DNA from: a virus
Strand: one strand, 5' to 3'
DNA length: 43,464 nt
Virus record (IMG/VR): IMGVR_UViG_3300021061_000011
Location: 1-43,464 of that record
The translations under genes were made by a program, and so were the position numbers. Below are positions 7,939-16,556 of this stretch, piece after piece (position 1 is the first letter of the stretch; the number at the start of each line of letters is the position of its first letter). The notes beneath the pieces are model-generated. The model did no database searches. It saw nothing but the letters and a program-made list of their open reading frames with translations, and was not told the origin of the DNA.

Positions 7939-8082
7939 CTACACGAATCGGATCCCGCTGTCAACAGCCCCGAGTCGGCGGATCCATTCCCAGCGGATCA
8001 CGAGGTCGCGGAGACAGCACACACACAGCCCGTGGCGTTGTTCCACGAGAAACAACGGATGGCCGCAGTGCCGACACGTCAC
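7939..8082 (-). CDS. 47-aa zinc-ribbon-like mini-protein
   Basis: GTG 8082 overlaps the upstream TGA (GTGA). Translation MTCRHCGHPLFLVEQRHGLCVCCLRD... Below the ORF-track length cutoff. Confidence 0.4.
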   Translation of the reverse strand: MTCRHCGHPLFLVEQRHGLCVCCLRDLVIRWEWIRRLGAVDSGIRFV

Positions 8083-8270
8083 CGAATCCGCCACTGCGAC
8101 TCCCGAGGGACCGCGATCACCTTCAAGCGCCCATCGAGGAAGAAGAACGACAGCTCCCCCGTGAACGCCGCGGCATGAATGCCGGTGAGCGCCTTTTCGA
8201 CCGGGATGGGCTCCTCGGACGGTCTCGGCTTCTCCTGGGCCAGCGCGGACAGAAAGGCTGGCAGGCTCAT
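8079..8270 (-). CDS. 63-aa hypothetical protein
   Basis: MSLPAFLSALAQEKPRPSEEPIPVEK... The ATG at 8270 overlaps the upstream TGA (ATGA). Confidence 0.6.
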   Translation of the reverse strand: MSLPAFLSALAQEKPRPSEEPIPVEKALTGIHAAAFTGELSFFFLDGRLKVIAVPRESQWRIR

Positions 8271-8437
8271 CGCTCGGGCACCGTGGTCAGGAGGTGTTTC
8301 GTCTCCTGACAGATGATGCAGACCCACAGCCGGCGGCTGTCGTCCCACTCGTAATCGTGTTGATGCGGATAGGGTCGTCCCTGCTCATCCCGCACCACGC
8401 CGGGGCCGCCGATTTTCGGTCTCGGGCCGTTCAGCAC
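8267..8437 (-). CDS. 56-aa hypothetical protein (one CxxC)
   Basis: GTG 8437. Translation MLNGPRPKIGGPGVVRDEQGRPYPHQHDYEWDDSRRLWVCIICQETKH... An 11-codon Lys-rich mini-ORF (8431-8466) with a strong SD precedes it. Confidence 0.45.
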   Translation of the reverse strand: MLNGPRPKIGGPGVVRDEQGRPYPHQHDYEWDDSRRLWVCIICQETKHLLTTVPER

Positions 8438-8470
8438 TTCTTGCCGCCTTTGCCTTTTTTCTTCATCGGT

Positions 8471-8665
8471 TCACCCTCCTCTCACAATCTCGCGCCAGCC
8501 GTCCGGATCTGGATGGTCTTTCCGGGTGAGCCAACCTCGAACACGATGCCATATGCGGTTCACGTCGTCGGCTAATTCAACGGCAGCGTTGTGCATCGCT
8601 ATCGCGACCTTCAGCACGTCCGACCGATACGCCTCTCGTGTCCGCTGTAAGCGAGCGTCAGGCAT
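8471..8665 (-). CDS. 64-aa hypothetical protein
   Basis: Protein-like sequence MPDARLQRTREAYRSDVLKVAIAMHNAAVELADD... The region is lower in GC by eye. Confidence 0.65.
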   Translation of the reverse strand: MPDARLQRTREAYRSDVLKVAIAMHNAAVELADDVNRIWHRVRGWLTRKDHPDPDGWREIVRGG

Positions 8666-8667
8666 CG

Positions 8668-8913
8668 TCAGTACTCGTACGGGAGGGCTTGTGCATACGC
8701 CTTTGCTACTAGACGCTCAATCACTTCATAGCGACTGCCTCTCGCTAAGTCAGCGTGAGACACTTCAAGGCTGAGCACAACGCCGGTCGCGCACGACTGG
8801 TCTTTCACCAGAAGGTCACCAGCATCGCCGTAGAAACTGATCGCGCTGACGACGCCTCTCAACTGATCCATCACTTCAAACGCCGCCGTTCGGAAAAGAT
8901 CGATCTGTGTCAC
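8668..8913 (-). CDS. 81-aa hypothetical protein
   Basis: MTQIDLFRTAAFEVMDQLRG... 4-nt overlap with the upstream gene. The region is lower in GC by eye. Confidence 0.65.
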   Translation of the reverse strand: MTQIDLFRTAAFEVMDQLRGVVSAISFYGDAGDLLVKDQSCATGVVLSLEVSHADLARGSRYEVIERLVAKAYAQALPYEY

Positions 8914-9173
8914 GCCCCCGCCTCCGGTGGCGGCTGCTCACCCCTCAACGACGAAATCTCCAACTCGGTGGCGTCCTCGCAGACGCGAAACTCGACGCCG
9001 TCTACACCGAGGACCGGCCGTGCGGACACGGGCGGCGTGAACATCGCGAGACGGCCCAGCGCCGCCACAGCCTCACGCATCCACTCCGGTGGCGTGGTCA
9101 CAAGATATGGCCCCTTGAGACCTGTCGCCCTGGCGCGCGTGACCAGATCGAACACTTCCGCCATTGGATTCAT
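8910..9173 (-). CDS. 87-aa hypothetical protein
   Basis: MNPMAEVFDLVTRARATGLKGPYLVTTPPEW... 4-nt overlap with the portal gene stop. Confidence 0.65.
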   Translation of the reverse strand: MNPMAEVFDLVTRARATGLKGPYLVTTPPEWMREAVAALGRLAMFTPPVSARPVLGVDGVEFRVCEDATELEISSLRGEQPPPEAGA

Positions 9174-11425
9174 GCGTTTGTCTCCGGAGGCTGCAAGTCC
9201 GCCTCGTGCTCCCGCGCCTGCGCGTCCAGCCCCGCCTGCTGGTCCGTCGCCACGCTCCCGATCGCCCCCTGCTGCATCTGCGCTTCCAGGGTCTGCTCGT
9301 GGCTCATCTGCGACATCTCGCGGTCATGGTCCTGCTGCGCGTTCAGCATCGTCTGCTCGTGCTCGCGCTGCTGGAGCTGGTCGAGTTCCCCCTGCAACCG
9401 CGACAGGTTCTCGCTCGCCATCTTGGCGTCGATGGTCGCTTGCGTCTTGTAGATCTCCAGCCGGATCTTGGCCTGCTCGATCGCTTCGCGTGACGCCGTC
9501 TCGATGCGCTTGATCTCGATCTGCGTCTCCGCTTTGACGGTCTCGTTCTGGATCTGCTCCACCCGCTTGTCCAGTTCCTTCGTCGTCAGATCGAGCATCT
9601 GGCCCATCTGATTCAACTGCTGAGTGAGCTTCTGGATCTGCTGCTGCGGGTCCTGCTTTCCGTCCTGCGGCTGCAGCGGCGGGGGCAGCATCTTCTCGAG
9701 CCGCGCCGCAATCTGCCGGGAACCGGCGTCGTCCATGTGCTTCACGACCAGATCCGCGAAGAACGGCGCCTGGTCCTTCAACACTTCCATCAGCCGGAAC
9801 CCGTTCTCGACGAACTCCTGGCGACGCGTCGAGGTCGAGCCGCCCACGCTCACCGTCACGTCGTAGTGCCCCACGGACAGGTCGTAGAACTTCGCCTCGG
9901 CGTCGTCCTTCGCGGCTTGCACGGGCATCCCGTCCGGCCCCAGCCTGAACTTCTGCCCCAGCATCACCATTTCCGGTGTGTCGTCATCGCCCACGATCCG
10001 CAGGATGCGCCCCGGCCGGTCGTAGAACTTCGGGATCACGTCGATCAGGAGTTCCCCGAGGTAGCGGAGCGTGATGTTCGTGAAGTTGTCGAGATAGTGG
10101 CTGTTCCCGACCGTGGTTTCCTCGAACCGTGCCCGAATCGCGCGGCCGCTCTGGTCCGTGTTCTTCCGGCTCGGATCGGTCGGGTCGTACCAACTCGTCG
10201 TGCTCCGGAGATCCTGTTTAGCCAGGTTGATCGCCACGACCGTGGCTTCGATCGCTGGGTCGTGGACCATGATCTGCGGCGGGGGCAACAAGTGCCCCTC
10301 CTTCACTACCGACTTGTACGGCAGGTAGGACATGTTCCGGGTGGTGCGCTGCTCCCAGAACGCTTTGTAGGGCTCGATCTGCTCCGCGTCGGCGATGTAG
10401 TCCGGGGCCTTGCTGAGCGCGATCTTCTCGGTCAGGCTCGTGCGCTCGTAGTTGTAGGCCCGCTGCCCATCACGCGCCGCCCGATAGACGCCGCGAAACA
10501 GCCGCTTCCCCTGGTAGTAGTACTCTTCGCCGATCACTGGCGCCCACGGGATGCGTTTCCCCGGCCAATCCTGATGCTCAAGGGTTTCGATGCCGTTGAT
10601 CGTGTCGCAGCAAATCGTCCGATCCACCATCCGCCGCACGTCTGGCTTGACGACCTTTCGCCCTTCTGGCGCGTCTTTGAGACCGTACAAGTTGCCATCG
10701 TCGTACAGGTCTGCGCTATACGCCTGTTCCTTGACGTACCAATACTGGGCAACCCGGACGCCTTTCTCGGGGAACCACTGCGGAAACTCGGTCCCGAGCG
10801 TTTGCCAATCATCCAAGCTGGCGAGGACAGAGTCCGGCCAGCGCAGTTTGTATTCCGAGTGCGGCAAGTCCTCGATGTAGAACAGGAACCGCGCGTCCTG
10901 GAACGTCGTCGCGCGGGACGCCGGGTCTGGAAACACCGCCAGCGGGTTCAACACGCGGTCGATCACGAGGATCTGGTCCTCGCTCTGGTCGTCCAGATAC
11001 TCAGACCGCAGGTGCAGCCAGCCAAGCCCGATCGACGCCGCCATCTCAAAGCCCCAGTCGTAGGCGAGCTGGGCGTGGCAGACGTCCTGAATCTGCCGAA
11101 TCACGCCCTCGAACAGCGCCGCCGTCTCCTGGTCCGCGGTATCGCGGGGAATCGCCTTGATCGACGGACTCGAGCTGCGCTGCTGGTTGCAAATCTGCCG
11201 CAAGGCCGGGCCGACCTGGTCGAACGTCAGCACGGGCCGCGATTCGCGCCGCCGCTGCGCCTCCACCGCCGGATCCCACTGCTGGAGGGCTTTGAACGCG
11301 AGGTCAGTCGTCCATTCTTTCCGCTGGGTATCGTCCCCTGAGGCCGAGAGAAACCGTTCCCGCGCCAGCACCATGTGCGGATCGTCCGGGTCGTACTTTG
11401 CTTTGGTCTTCCGTCGTGAGGCCAT
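9170..11425 (-). CDS. Portal protein with long C-terminal coiled-coil (P22-barrel-like)
   Basis: 751 aa, directly after terL. The last ~170 aa are a Gln/Glu-rich heptad-type helix (QQQIQKLTQQLNQMGQML...). Confidence 0.85.
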   Translation of the reverse strand: MASRRKTKAKYDPDDPHMVLARERFLSASGDDTQRKEWTTDLAFKALQQWDPAVEAQRRRESRPVLTFDQVGPALRQICNQQRSSSPSIKAIPRDTADQETAALFEGVIRQIQDVCHAQLAYDWGFEMAASIGLGWLHLRSEYLDDQSEDQILVIDRVLNPLAVFPDPASRATTFQDARFLFYIEDLPHSEYKLRWPDSVLASLDDWQTLGTEFPQWFPEKGVRVAQYWYVKEQAYSADLYDDGNLYGLKDAPEGRKVVKPDVRRMVDRTICCDTINGIETLEHQDWPGKRIPWAPVIGEEYYYQGKRLFRGVYRAARDGQRAYNYERTSLTEKIALSKAPDYIADAEQIEPYKAFWEQRTTRNMSYLPYKSVVKEGHLLPPPQIMVHDPAIEATVVAINLAKQDLRSTTSWYDPTDPSRKNTDQSGRAIRARFEETTVGNSHYLDNFTNITLRYLGELLIDVIPKFYDRPGRILRIVGDDDTPEMVMLGQKFRLGPDGMPVQAAKDDAEAKFYDLSVGHYDVTVSVGGSTSTRRQEFVENGFRLMEVLKDQAPFFADLVVKHMDDAGSRQIAARLEKMLPPPLQPQDGKQDPQQQIQKLTQQLNQMGQMLDLTTKELDKRVEQIQNETVKAETQIEIKRIETASREAIEQAKIRLEIYKTQATIDAKMASENLSRLQGELDQLQQREHEQTMLNAQQDHDREMSQMSHEQTLEAQMQQGAIGSVATDQQAGLDAQAREHEADLQPPETNA

Positions 11426-12933
11426 CAGCTACTCATCCACCCGAGATCGCCCGTGGGAGCCGCAGGCGGGGTGACAGGTTTCATGCCGACACCCACCGGG
11501 GCGGCAAAGGTCAACGCGAGCGCGTCGCCGTCATCCGGCGAGTCCAGCCCGCGCTTCTTCATCTGCTCTTTCGATTCCAGCTTCACGCGCTGCCGCACAT
11601 CCGGGACAACGGACGGACCGCCGAGATCGATCTCCAGCTCGGGATGGCTGTCGATCGCGCCCGTGGCCAGCCATTCGCGCATCTGGCCCCACATGTAGTC
11701 GCGGTAGTAGGCGAACTTGCGATCGGGCGAGTCCGCGCCAAAGTTCACTTCCTGGACGTTGGTGTAGCCCATCGCGCGGAGCCGGGCGCCAATCGGGCCG
11801 GCGATGCCTGCCGAGTCCAGGAACAACATCGCGACTTTCTTCCCGCTGTAGCTCGTCGTGAGCACATCCGCGAGCCGCGCTGTGAGGATGGCGGGATCTC
11901 GCGTCAGCTCGCCCTTGATGCGAATGGAGGGAATCGAGCGCGCATCCGCGCCACGCCGGAACCGGATCACGTTGTCGTCCGACCCGCCCCACGCGAGGTC
12001 GCAACCCGCCACCAATGGCTCATCTGGCAGCACCAGGACTTGCCGGGTTTGCGCCTCCTGGATCCGTCGATGGTCGATGAACTGGGCATCTGACGCGTTC
12101 GGCGGGAGGCCGAGGACGCGAACGCGGACAAAGTCGGAGTCTTCCCCGTACTCGCTGATCCACTCCTCGATGAGCGCCTTGTTCGTCAGCTTGGACGACC
12201 GCGCATCGACCACGATGGGATCCCAGGTCCGACGCCCCGAGCCGAAGCAAATCTGATGAAACCGGCCCGTGCTTCGGGTGCAGTTCCCGAACACGAAGAT
12301 CATCGGCTCGCCGTCGGTCAACCCGCCTTCCGCGACTTCGTAGATGATGTCGGGCACCGCCGAGCCCTCATCGATCACGTAGAAGCTGGTCGAGGTATTC
12401 GCGTGCTGGCCGGCAAACGCTTCCGAGTTCTCTTCCTTCGAGCTTTGCGGGGCGCAGAACCAGCCTTCCCGGTCGCCCTTGCGATAGAGGCGGGCCGTGT
12501 TGGACTCGAACCAGTGCCCGACGAGGCACAGCTTCGTCCACGACATCACGGCGGCCCACGTCTTCGTATCGAGCTGCGTCTGGGTATTCGCCGTGACCGT
12601 GCCGCGGCAGCGCGGGCGCGTACACATGATCCAGTCCACGAGCCACGCCTGGAGGGTGGACTTGCCGATGCCGTGACCGCTGGAGACCGCAATGCGAATC
12701 GGGGCGACGGCATCCTTGCCGTTGAACTTCCGGGCTCTGACGGCCTTGCCAATGCGCGTCAGGGCGTCCACCTGCCACGTATCCGGCCCGCTCATGTGCT
12801 CCAAGGCGGTGCCGGGTTCGCCCCAGGGATACATCACGCGGACAAAGCGCAGGGGATCGGCGTAGCAATTGGCCACTTCCTCCGCGAGCGCGAGATCGGT
12901 CTCAGGCGAGACCTGGATCTCAGCCGTGGGCAC
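11425..12933 (-). CDS. terL: Terminase large subunit
   Basis: Walker A SSGHGIGKST, Walker B SFYVIDEGS, and nuclease-type acidic motifs DLAWGGSDDN and SPDDGDAL. Confidence 0.92.
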   Translation of the reverse strand: MPTAEIQVSPETDLALAEEVANCYADPLRFVRVMYPWGEPGTALEHMSGPDTWQVDALTRIGKAVRARKFNGKDAVAPIRIAVSSGHGIGKSTLQAWLVDWIMCTRPRCRGTVTANTQTQLDTKTWAAVMSWTKLCLVGHWFESNTARLYRKGDREGWFCAPQSSKEENSEAFAGQHANTSTSFYVIDEGSAVPDIIYEVAEGGLTDGEPMIFVFGNCTRSTGRFHQICFGSGRRTWDPIVVDARSSKLTNKALIEEWISEYGEDSDFVRVRVLGLPPNASDAQFIDHRRIQEAQTRQVLVLPDEPLVAGCDLAWGGSDDNVIRFRRGADARSIPSIRIKGELTRDPAILTARLADVLTTSYSGKKVAMLFLDSAGIAGPIGARLRAMGYTNVQEVNFGADSPDRKFAYYRDYMWGQMREWLATGAIDSHPELEIDLGGPSVVPDVRQRVKLESKEQMKKRGLDSPDDGDALALTFAAPVGVGMKPVTPPAAPTGDLGWMSS

Positions 12934-13333
12934 GCTCGCGTCCCTTCTGGAGCAAATCGAGGAGCCGCTGATCGATCTGGTGATTCAGGTTCACGTCGAG
13001 CGGTTGATCCTTGGGCTTGTCGAGCAGCCGATTCAGGATGTCTGTCTGCGCTTGGGCGTTCGGGAGCCGCGTGAAGATGCGGATGGCCTCGCCCATCGAG
13101 CACCGCGCCCGCAATTCATCGGGGTCGTCGATCACCTTGAAGCGTCCCGCCTCATCGCGATACACGAACTGGCTCACGCCGCACGCGGTCTCGTACTGCA
13201 CGTCCGAGAGGGTGTCGAACCGCTCCTGCATTCGCGCGGTATAGCGATCCCGCAGCGCCTGCTTTTCCAACGTGGGCTTGTAGATGGCCCCTGGTTTGGG
13301 GCCTGAGTTGGGACGCTTACCACCGCGCGGCAT
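12920..13333 (-). CDS. Putative terminase small subunit
   Basis: 137 aa immediately upstream of and overlapping terL. Basic N-terminus MPRGGKRPNSGPKPG. Assigned mainly by position. Confidence 0.55.
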   Translation of the reverse strand: MPRGGKRPNSGPKPGAIYKPTLEKQALRDRYTARMQERFDTLSDVQYETACGVSQFVYRDEAGRFKVIDDPDELRARCSMGEAIRIFTRLPNAQAQTDILNRLLDKPKDQPLDVNLNHQIDQRLLDLLQKGRERAHG

Positions 13334-13354
13334 CGTGTAAAAAGTTCAAAGTGT

Positions 13355-13444
13355 TCACAACACGCCCATCCACACGAGCATCCCGAGAGCGAACACCGTC
13401 ACCCACAGCAGGTCGAGCAGGACTACAGACGCCCGTGGAACCAT
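13355..13444 (-). CDS. 29-aa membrane mini-protein
   Basis: MVPRASVVLLDLLWVTVFALGMLVWMGVL. It is the only protein-like part of ORF 13355..13804. Confidence 0.35.
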   Translation of the reverse strand: MVPRASVVLLDLLWVTVFALGMLVWMGVL

Positions 13445-13548
13445 CGATCTTTCTCCGACATCTGACCGAGCACCGAGACGCTGAGCAGCCCGCCGACGCC
13501 CAGCACCAGCAGCAGACTCACGAGCAGGGCCGCGACGAGATAGACCAC
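13423..13548 (-). CDS. 41-aa membrane mini-protein
   Basis: GTG 13548 directly after the upstream TAA, preceded by GAGGGG. Translation VVYLVAALLVSLLLVLGVGGLLSVSVLGQ... Confidence 0.4.
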   Translation of the reverse strand: MVYLVAALLVSLLLVLGVGGLLSVSVLGQMSEKDRWFHGRL

Positions 13549-13719
13549 TTACGACCCCTCCGCCACGTCTGGGACCGCCTCGTGATCGGGCGGGAGGTAA
13601 TAGCCGTGCCATCGGCAGCGCGGGCAGTAGCCATCCGCGCCCACAGGAGTCCGTGTCTGCGCGAGCACACAGGCGAGGCAGTAGCCGGCGATCACGGGGG
13701 GCGTGGCGGACGGCGTCAT
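13549..13719 (-). CDS. 56-aa zinc-ribbon protein
   Basis: MTPSATPPVIAGYCLACV...GYCPRCRWHGYY (two CxxC). ATGA overlap with the upstream gene. Confidence 0.55.
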   Translation of the reverse strand: MTPSATPPVIAGYCLACVLAQTRTPVGADGYCPRCRWHGYYLPPDHEAVPDVAEGS

Positions 13720-13952
13720 CGGGCGACACACGGCTCGTGCAGCAGATCGTGGCTGCCGTGAGGATTCGGCACGTACACGGGCTCGGGGATGTACACCGGC
13801 GCATACGGAGGCTCGAGGACGTAGCCCTCGGGGAGCTGATACGGCGTGAAGCGGCCGGGGGTCTGGGCCACAGGCGCGGAGGGCCAGGTCGCCACCAGCA
13901 GGAGCGCCAGCAGACCGCCGTAGAGCGTGAGGGCGAGTCGAAGCCGTGTCAC
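13716..13952 (-). CDS. 78-aa secreted Pro/Tyr-rich protein
   Basis: MTRLRLALTLYGGLLALLLVATWPSAPVA/QT signal peptide. GTGA overlap with the upstream gene. Confidence 0.65.
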   Translation of the reverse strand: MTRLRLALTLYGGLLALLLVATWPSAPVAQTPGRFTPYQLPEGYVLEPPYAPVYIPEPVYVPNPHGSHDLLHEPCVAR

Positions 13953-14140
13953 AGGGCCATCCGGGGAGCTTCGCGCTTGGCCGTAGCCATGAACTCATCG
14001 CGGGTGACGGGCTTCGTCCACCAACTGTCCGCTGGCGGGGTTTTCTTGAGCACCGAGAAGACGGAGCTGGTGAGAACGCCTTGCTGGCGGAGGCGGCGGT
14101 CCTGTTCGGCGAGGCGTTGATCACGGGTGGCGACACGCAT
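13949..14140 (-). CDS. 63-aa hypothetical protein
   Basis: MRVATRDQRLAEQDRRLRQQGVLTSSVFSVLKK... The ATG shares one base with the upstream TGA. Confidence 0.55.
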   Translation of the reverse strand: MRVATRDQRLAEQDRRLRQQGVLTSSVFSVLKKTPPADSWWTKPVTRDEFMATAKREAPRMAL

Positions 14141-14241
14141 CAGAAGTCCGCGCCGCCGACACCCAGGGCGGCATAGCACGCGAGCACGAGGGACCCGAAC
14201 CAGAGCGCGAGGGCGGCACACAGTTTCAACGCGTGCCACAT
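14140..14241 (-). CDS. 33-aa membrane mini-protein
   Basis: MWHALKLCAALALWFGSLVLACYAALGVGGADF. Third positions are G/C-rich. Confidence 0.4.
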   Translation of the reverse strand: MWHALKLCAALALWFGSLVLACYAALGVGGADF

Positions 14242-14615
14242 CGCGTCACCTCACACCACTGCTGGCGGTTGTGGACCGTGACAACGGCCATGGCGGCGAG
14301 CGAGCCCCCGAGGACGCCGAGGGATTCCCAGCGATGGCCACGGGACCACAAGGCGCGAGACAGGCCAATCGTCGCCGTGGTGCTGGCGAGCTTCACGGCC
14401 GACCATGCCGCGGGATGCTGGAGCAGGCCGCTGGCAATGGGATTGGCTTCGCGGACGAGCCCGGAGCGTGTCGCCTTTAGGGTGAAGGCGGTGTCGTAGC
14501 CTTGCAGGGCGACGAGCGAGACTTCGAGGAGCGTGCGGGTATCGCGCGTCTGAGCCTGTGCAGGCGTGACGCCGAGAACCAGGAGGAGGGGGATCAGCAG
14601 CGCGAGTCGCCGCAC
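14226..14615 (-). CDS. 129-aa secreted/membrane protein
   Basis: MRRLALLIPLLLVLGVTPAQA/QT signal peptide, followed by further hydrophobic segments. Confidence 0.7.
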   Translation of the reverse strand: MRRLALLIPLLLVLGVTPAQAQTRDTRTLLEVSLVALQGYDTAFTLKATRSGLVREANPIASGLLQHPAAWSAVKLASTTATIGLSRALWSRGHRWESLGVLGGSLAAMAVVTVHNRQQWCEVTRCGTR

Positions 14616-14648
14616 GCGGAGAATGATCCGATGAGATTGAACCTGAGG

Positions 14649-14873
14649 CTAGCGCGTGGCGGACTGTGGCGGACTCTCGTGTGGATTTTTCGGTGGGGAA
14701 TCTTTCACGCGCAGGACGCGGCGCACACGAAAGACATCGACCAAGCCTTCATCGATCCACTCGAAGACGGTGGAACGGGCGACGTGGTATTTGTGGCCGT
14801 ACTCGCGGACGGTCAGGTACGCGCGGGCTTCCGCGATCACGCGTTCGGCCTCGCCGAGAAGATCTCCCCTCAT
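14649..14873 (-). CDS. Excisionase-family (HTH_17-like) DNA-binding protein
   Basis: YLTVREYGHKYHVARSTVFEWIDEGLV matches the Xis/AlpA-type helix-turn-helix pattern. Confidence 0.6.
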   Translation of the reverse strand: MRGDLLGEAERVIAEARAYLTVREYGHKYHVARSTVFEWIDEGLVDVFRVRRVLRVKDSPPKNPHESPPQSATR

Positions 14874-15181
14874 CGCCGCTCGACCTGCACCACTAAGGTA
14901 GCTGGAAGCGTCCCGTTGAACGATACGGAATTGAATGGGTCATGGAGAATCGAATAGCTCACCATCGGCACGTACCCCACCACAGAACCGTCGGCGTTGC
15001 GAACCTCTCCTGGCCTATCTTGCGTGGCCCCCACCAACACATACGCACCATTTTGCCCGAGCGGAACGTACTGATTGCCTTCGACCAGCTCGAACTCGAC
15101 GCGCTCGTAACGATCAGGCACAAACCAGTAGTACAGCACGCACAGGGCGGCCAACAGTACGCTAGTTATCAACGTCTTCAT
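14870..15181 (-). CDS. 103-aa N-terminally anchored hypothetical protein
   Basis: MKTLITSVLLAALCVLYYWFV hydrophobic N-terminus. 4-nt overlap downstream. Confidence 0.7.
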   Translation of the reverse strand: MKTLITSVLLAALCVLYYWFVPDRYERVEFELVEGNQYVPLGQNGAYVLVGATQDRPGEVRNADGSVVGYVPMVSYSILHDPFNSVSFNGTLPATLVVQVERR

Positions 15182-15199
15182 GTCGGGTCATCCTTTCGA

Positions 15200-15802
15200 T
15201 CATGAGCCCTCCTCGGGGCGAGCGGGGGCGGCCAGGATCTCGTTCAAGTCCTCGATGATGTCGGCACGCACGCTCGATCGCTCCTTCCCATAGGTGTCGT
15301 TGTCCTCCTCGGCTGTGATGTCTTCCAATGTCGTCACGTACTTCCGCAGGGCTTCTCGGAGGCGGAAGACCTCGGCCCGCGCGCATTTCAGGCAGACACC
15401 ACACGGCCCATCGCCATCTGCACAGCAATGGACGCCGCGCAGCACGTTCACTTCCGCGCGTGCCACCTGAAGCTGCTGCCGGGCCTCCTCAAGGGCCAGC
15501 CCGGTGTAGGTCTTGAAGAACGCGCATCGGGGCGCCGCGCAGCACTCCGGTTCACCACACGCTCCGCAATTGGGGCAGTAGTACTTGTGGTCATCGAGCT
15601 GCTGCCGGGCCTCGGCGAGGGCCTGGGTGAGGGCGGCCATTTGCGCGATGGCTTCCTCGATCCGTCTGGCCGCACCGAAATACCAATTCCCGGCGTTCTC
15701 ATCGATTTCCGTGGTGGCACACCGGCCTTCATGTCGCAGCTCCGCGGCATCTTTCTGCAGCTCACTAGACAGATGCGCGATCCGGGCGTCCTCGGACGTC
15801 AT
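15200..15802 (-). CDS. 200-aa Cys-rich hypothetical protein
   Basis: YYCPNCGACGEPECCAAPRC and HCCADGDGPCGVCLKC clusters sit between coiled-coil-like segments. Confidence 0.7.
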   Translation of the reverse strand: MTSEDARIAHLSSELQKDAAELRHEGRCATTEIDENAGNWYFGAARRIEEAIAQMAALTQALAEARQQLDDHKYYCPNCGACGEPECCAAPRCAFFKTYTGLALEEARQQLQVARAEVNVLRGVHCCADGDGPCGVCLKCARAEVFRLREALRKYVTTLEDITAEEDNDTYGKERSSVRADIIEDLNEILAAPARPEEGS

Positions 15803-16143
15803 GAGGAGACCTCCGATGTCATGTCAAGTACTTTCTTAAACTCGCGACATCGCACCGCACGGCACTCCTCTTTGGAGCCGTTATGCCCACTCCACGGGCG
15901 TTTACGGTCGTGCGAGTCTCGGTAACAGTGGTGTCCTTCCCAGACGCTGAGCACTACGAGGCGAAGCTGGGCCTGCTCCGCCGCGATCTGCCGGAGGAGG
16001 GCTTCCACTTCGTCGTCGTAGATCAGATGGCCCGCCTCCTCCTGGAGTATCGTCACGCCATCCTGGCCATCAGGCAGCGCCATATACCGTGTCAGCTGGG
16101 CCATCCACCCAGGGACCGGATCGGGCGTCGTCGTCTCACTCAT
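15799..16143 (-). CDS. 114-aa hypothetical protein
   Basis: Protein-like composition. 4-nt overlap downstream. Confidence 0.65.
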   Translation of the reverse strand: MSETTTPDPVPGWMAQLTRYMALPDGQDGVTILQEEAGHLIYDDEVEALLRQIAAEQAQLRLVVLSVWEGHHCYRDSHDRKRPWSGHNGSKEECRAVRCREFKKVLDMTSEVSS

Positions 16144-16202
16144 CGATCACCTCGTTGCGGGACCCGCAGAGACCCGGTCTCGTCGCCGCAGTCCATCAGA
16201 CT

Positions 16203-16556
16203 TCACCGCGACGTTGCGACCGCGTCGAGATCCAGCAGCTTTGGGCGCCAGGAGTTCGGCGCTTCCCAGTTCTGCTGATAGAGGCACGCTTGATGCGCGT
16301 GGCGTGCGCCGTCACACTGGTGGAAATAGGCGGCGTCCTGCATCCGGTCCCAGCCCGCCGCCTCCTTCGCGAACCGTTTGGGATCTTGGTAGTTCCGCGC
16401 TTCTGGACGCGTCCGCGGCTGCACGAAGTACGGGGCCTCGGCAGAGATTCCGTCGATCTTCGTCTCGGCCGCCGCGACGAGCTCGGCCCACGTGGCGTGC
16501 TGCCATTCGCCGACAACAGCCCTCGGAACGCGCACGTACTGAACAACTGCACTCAT
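16203..16556 (-). CDS. 117-aa hypothetical protein
   Basis: MSAVVQYVRVPRAVVGEWQHATWAELVAAAE... 4-nt overlap with the upstream gene. Confidence 0.6.
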   Translation of the reverse strand: MSAVVQYVRVPRAVVGEWQHATWAELVAAAETKIDGISAEAPYFVQPRTRPEARNYQDPKRFAKEAAGWDRMQDAAYFHQCDGARHAHQACLYQQNWEAPNSWRPKLLDLDAVATSR

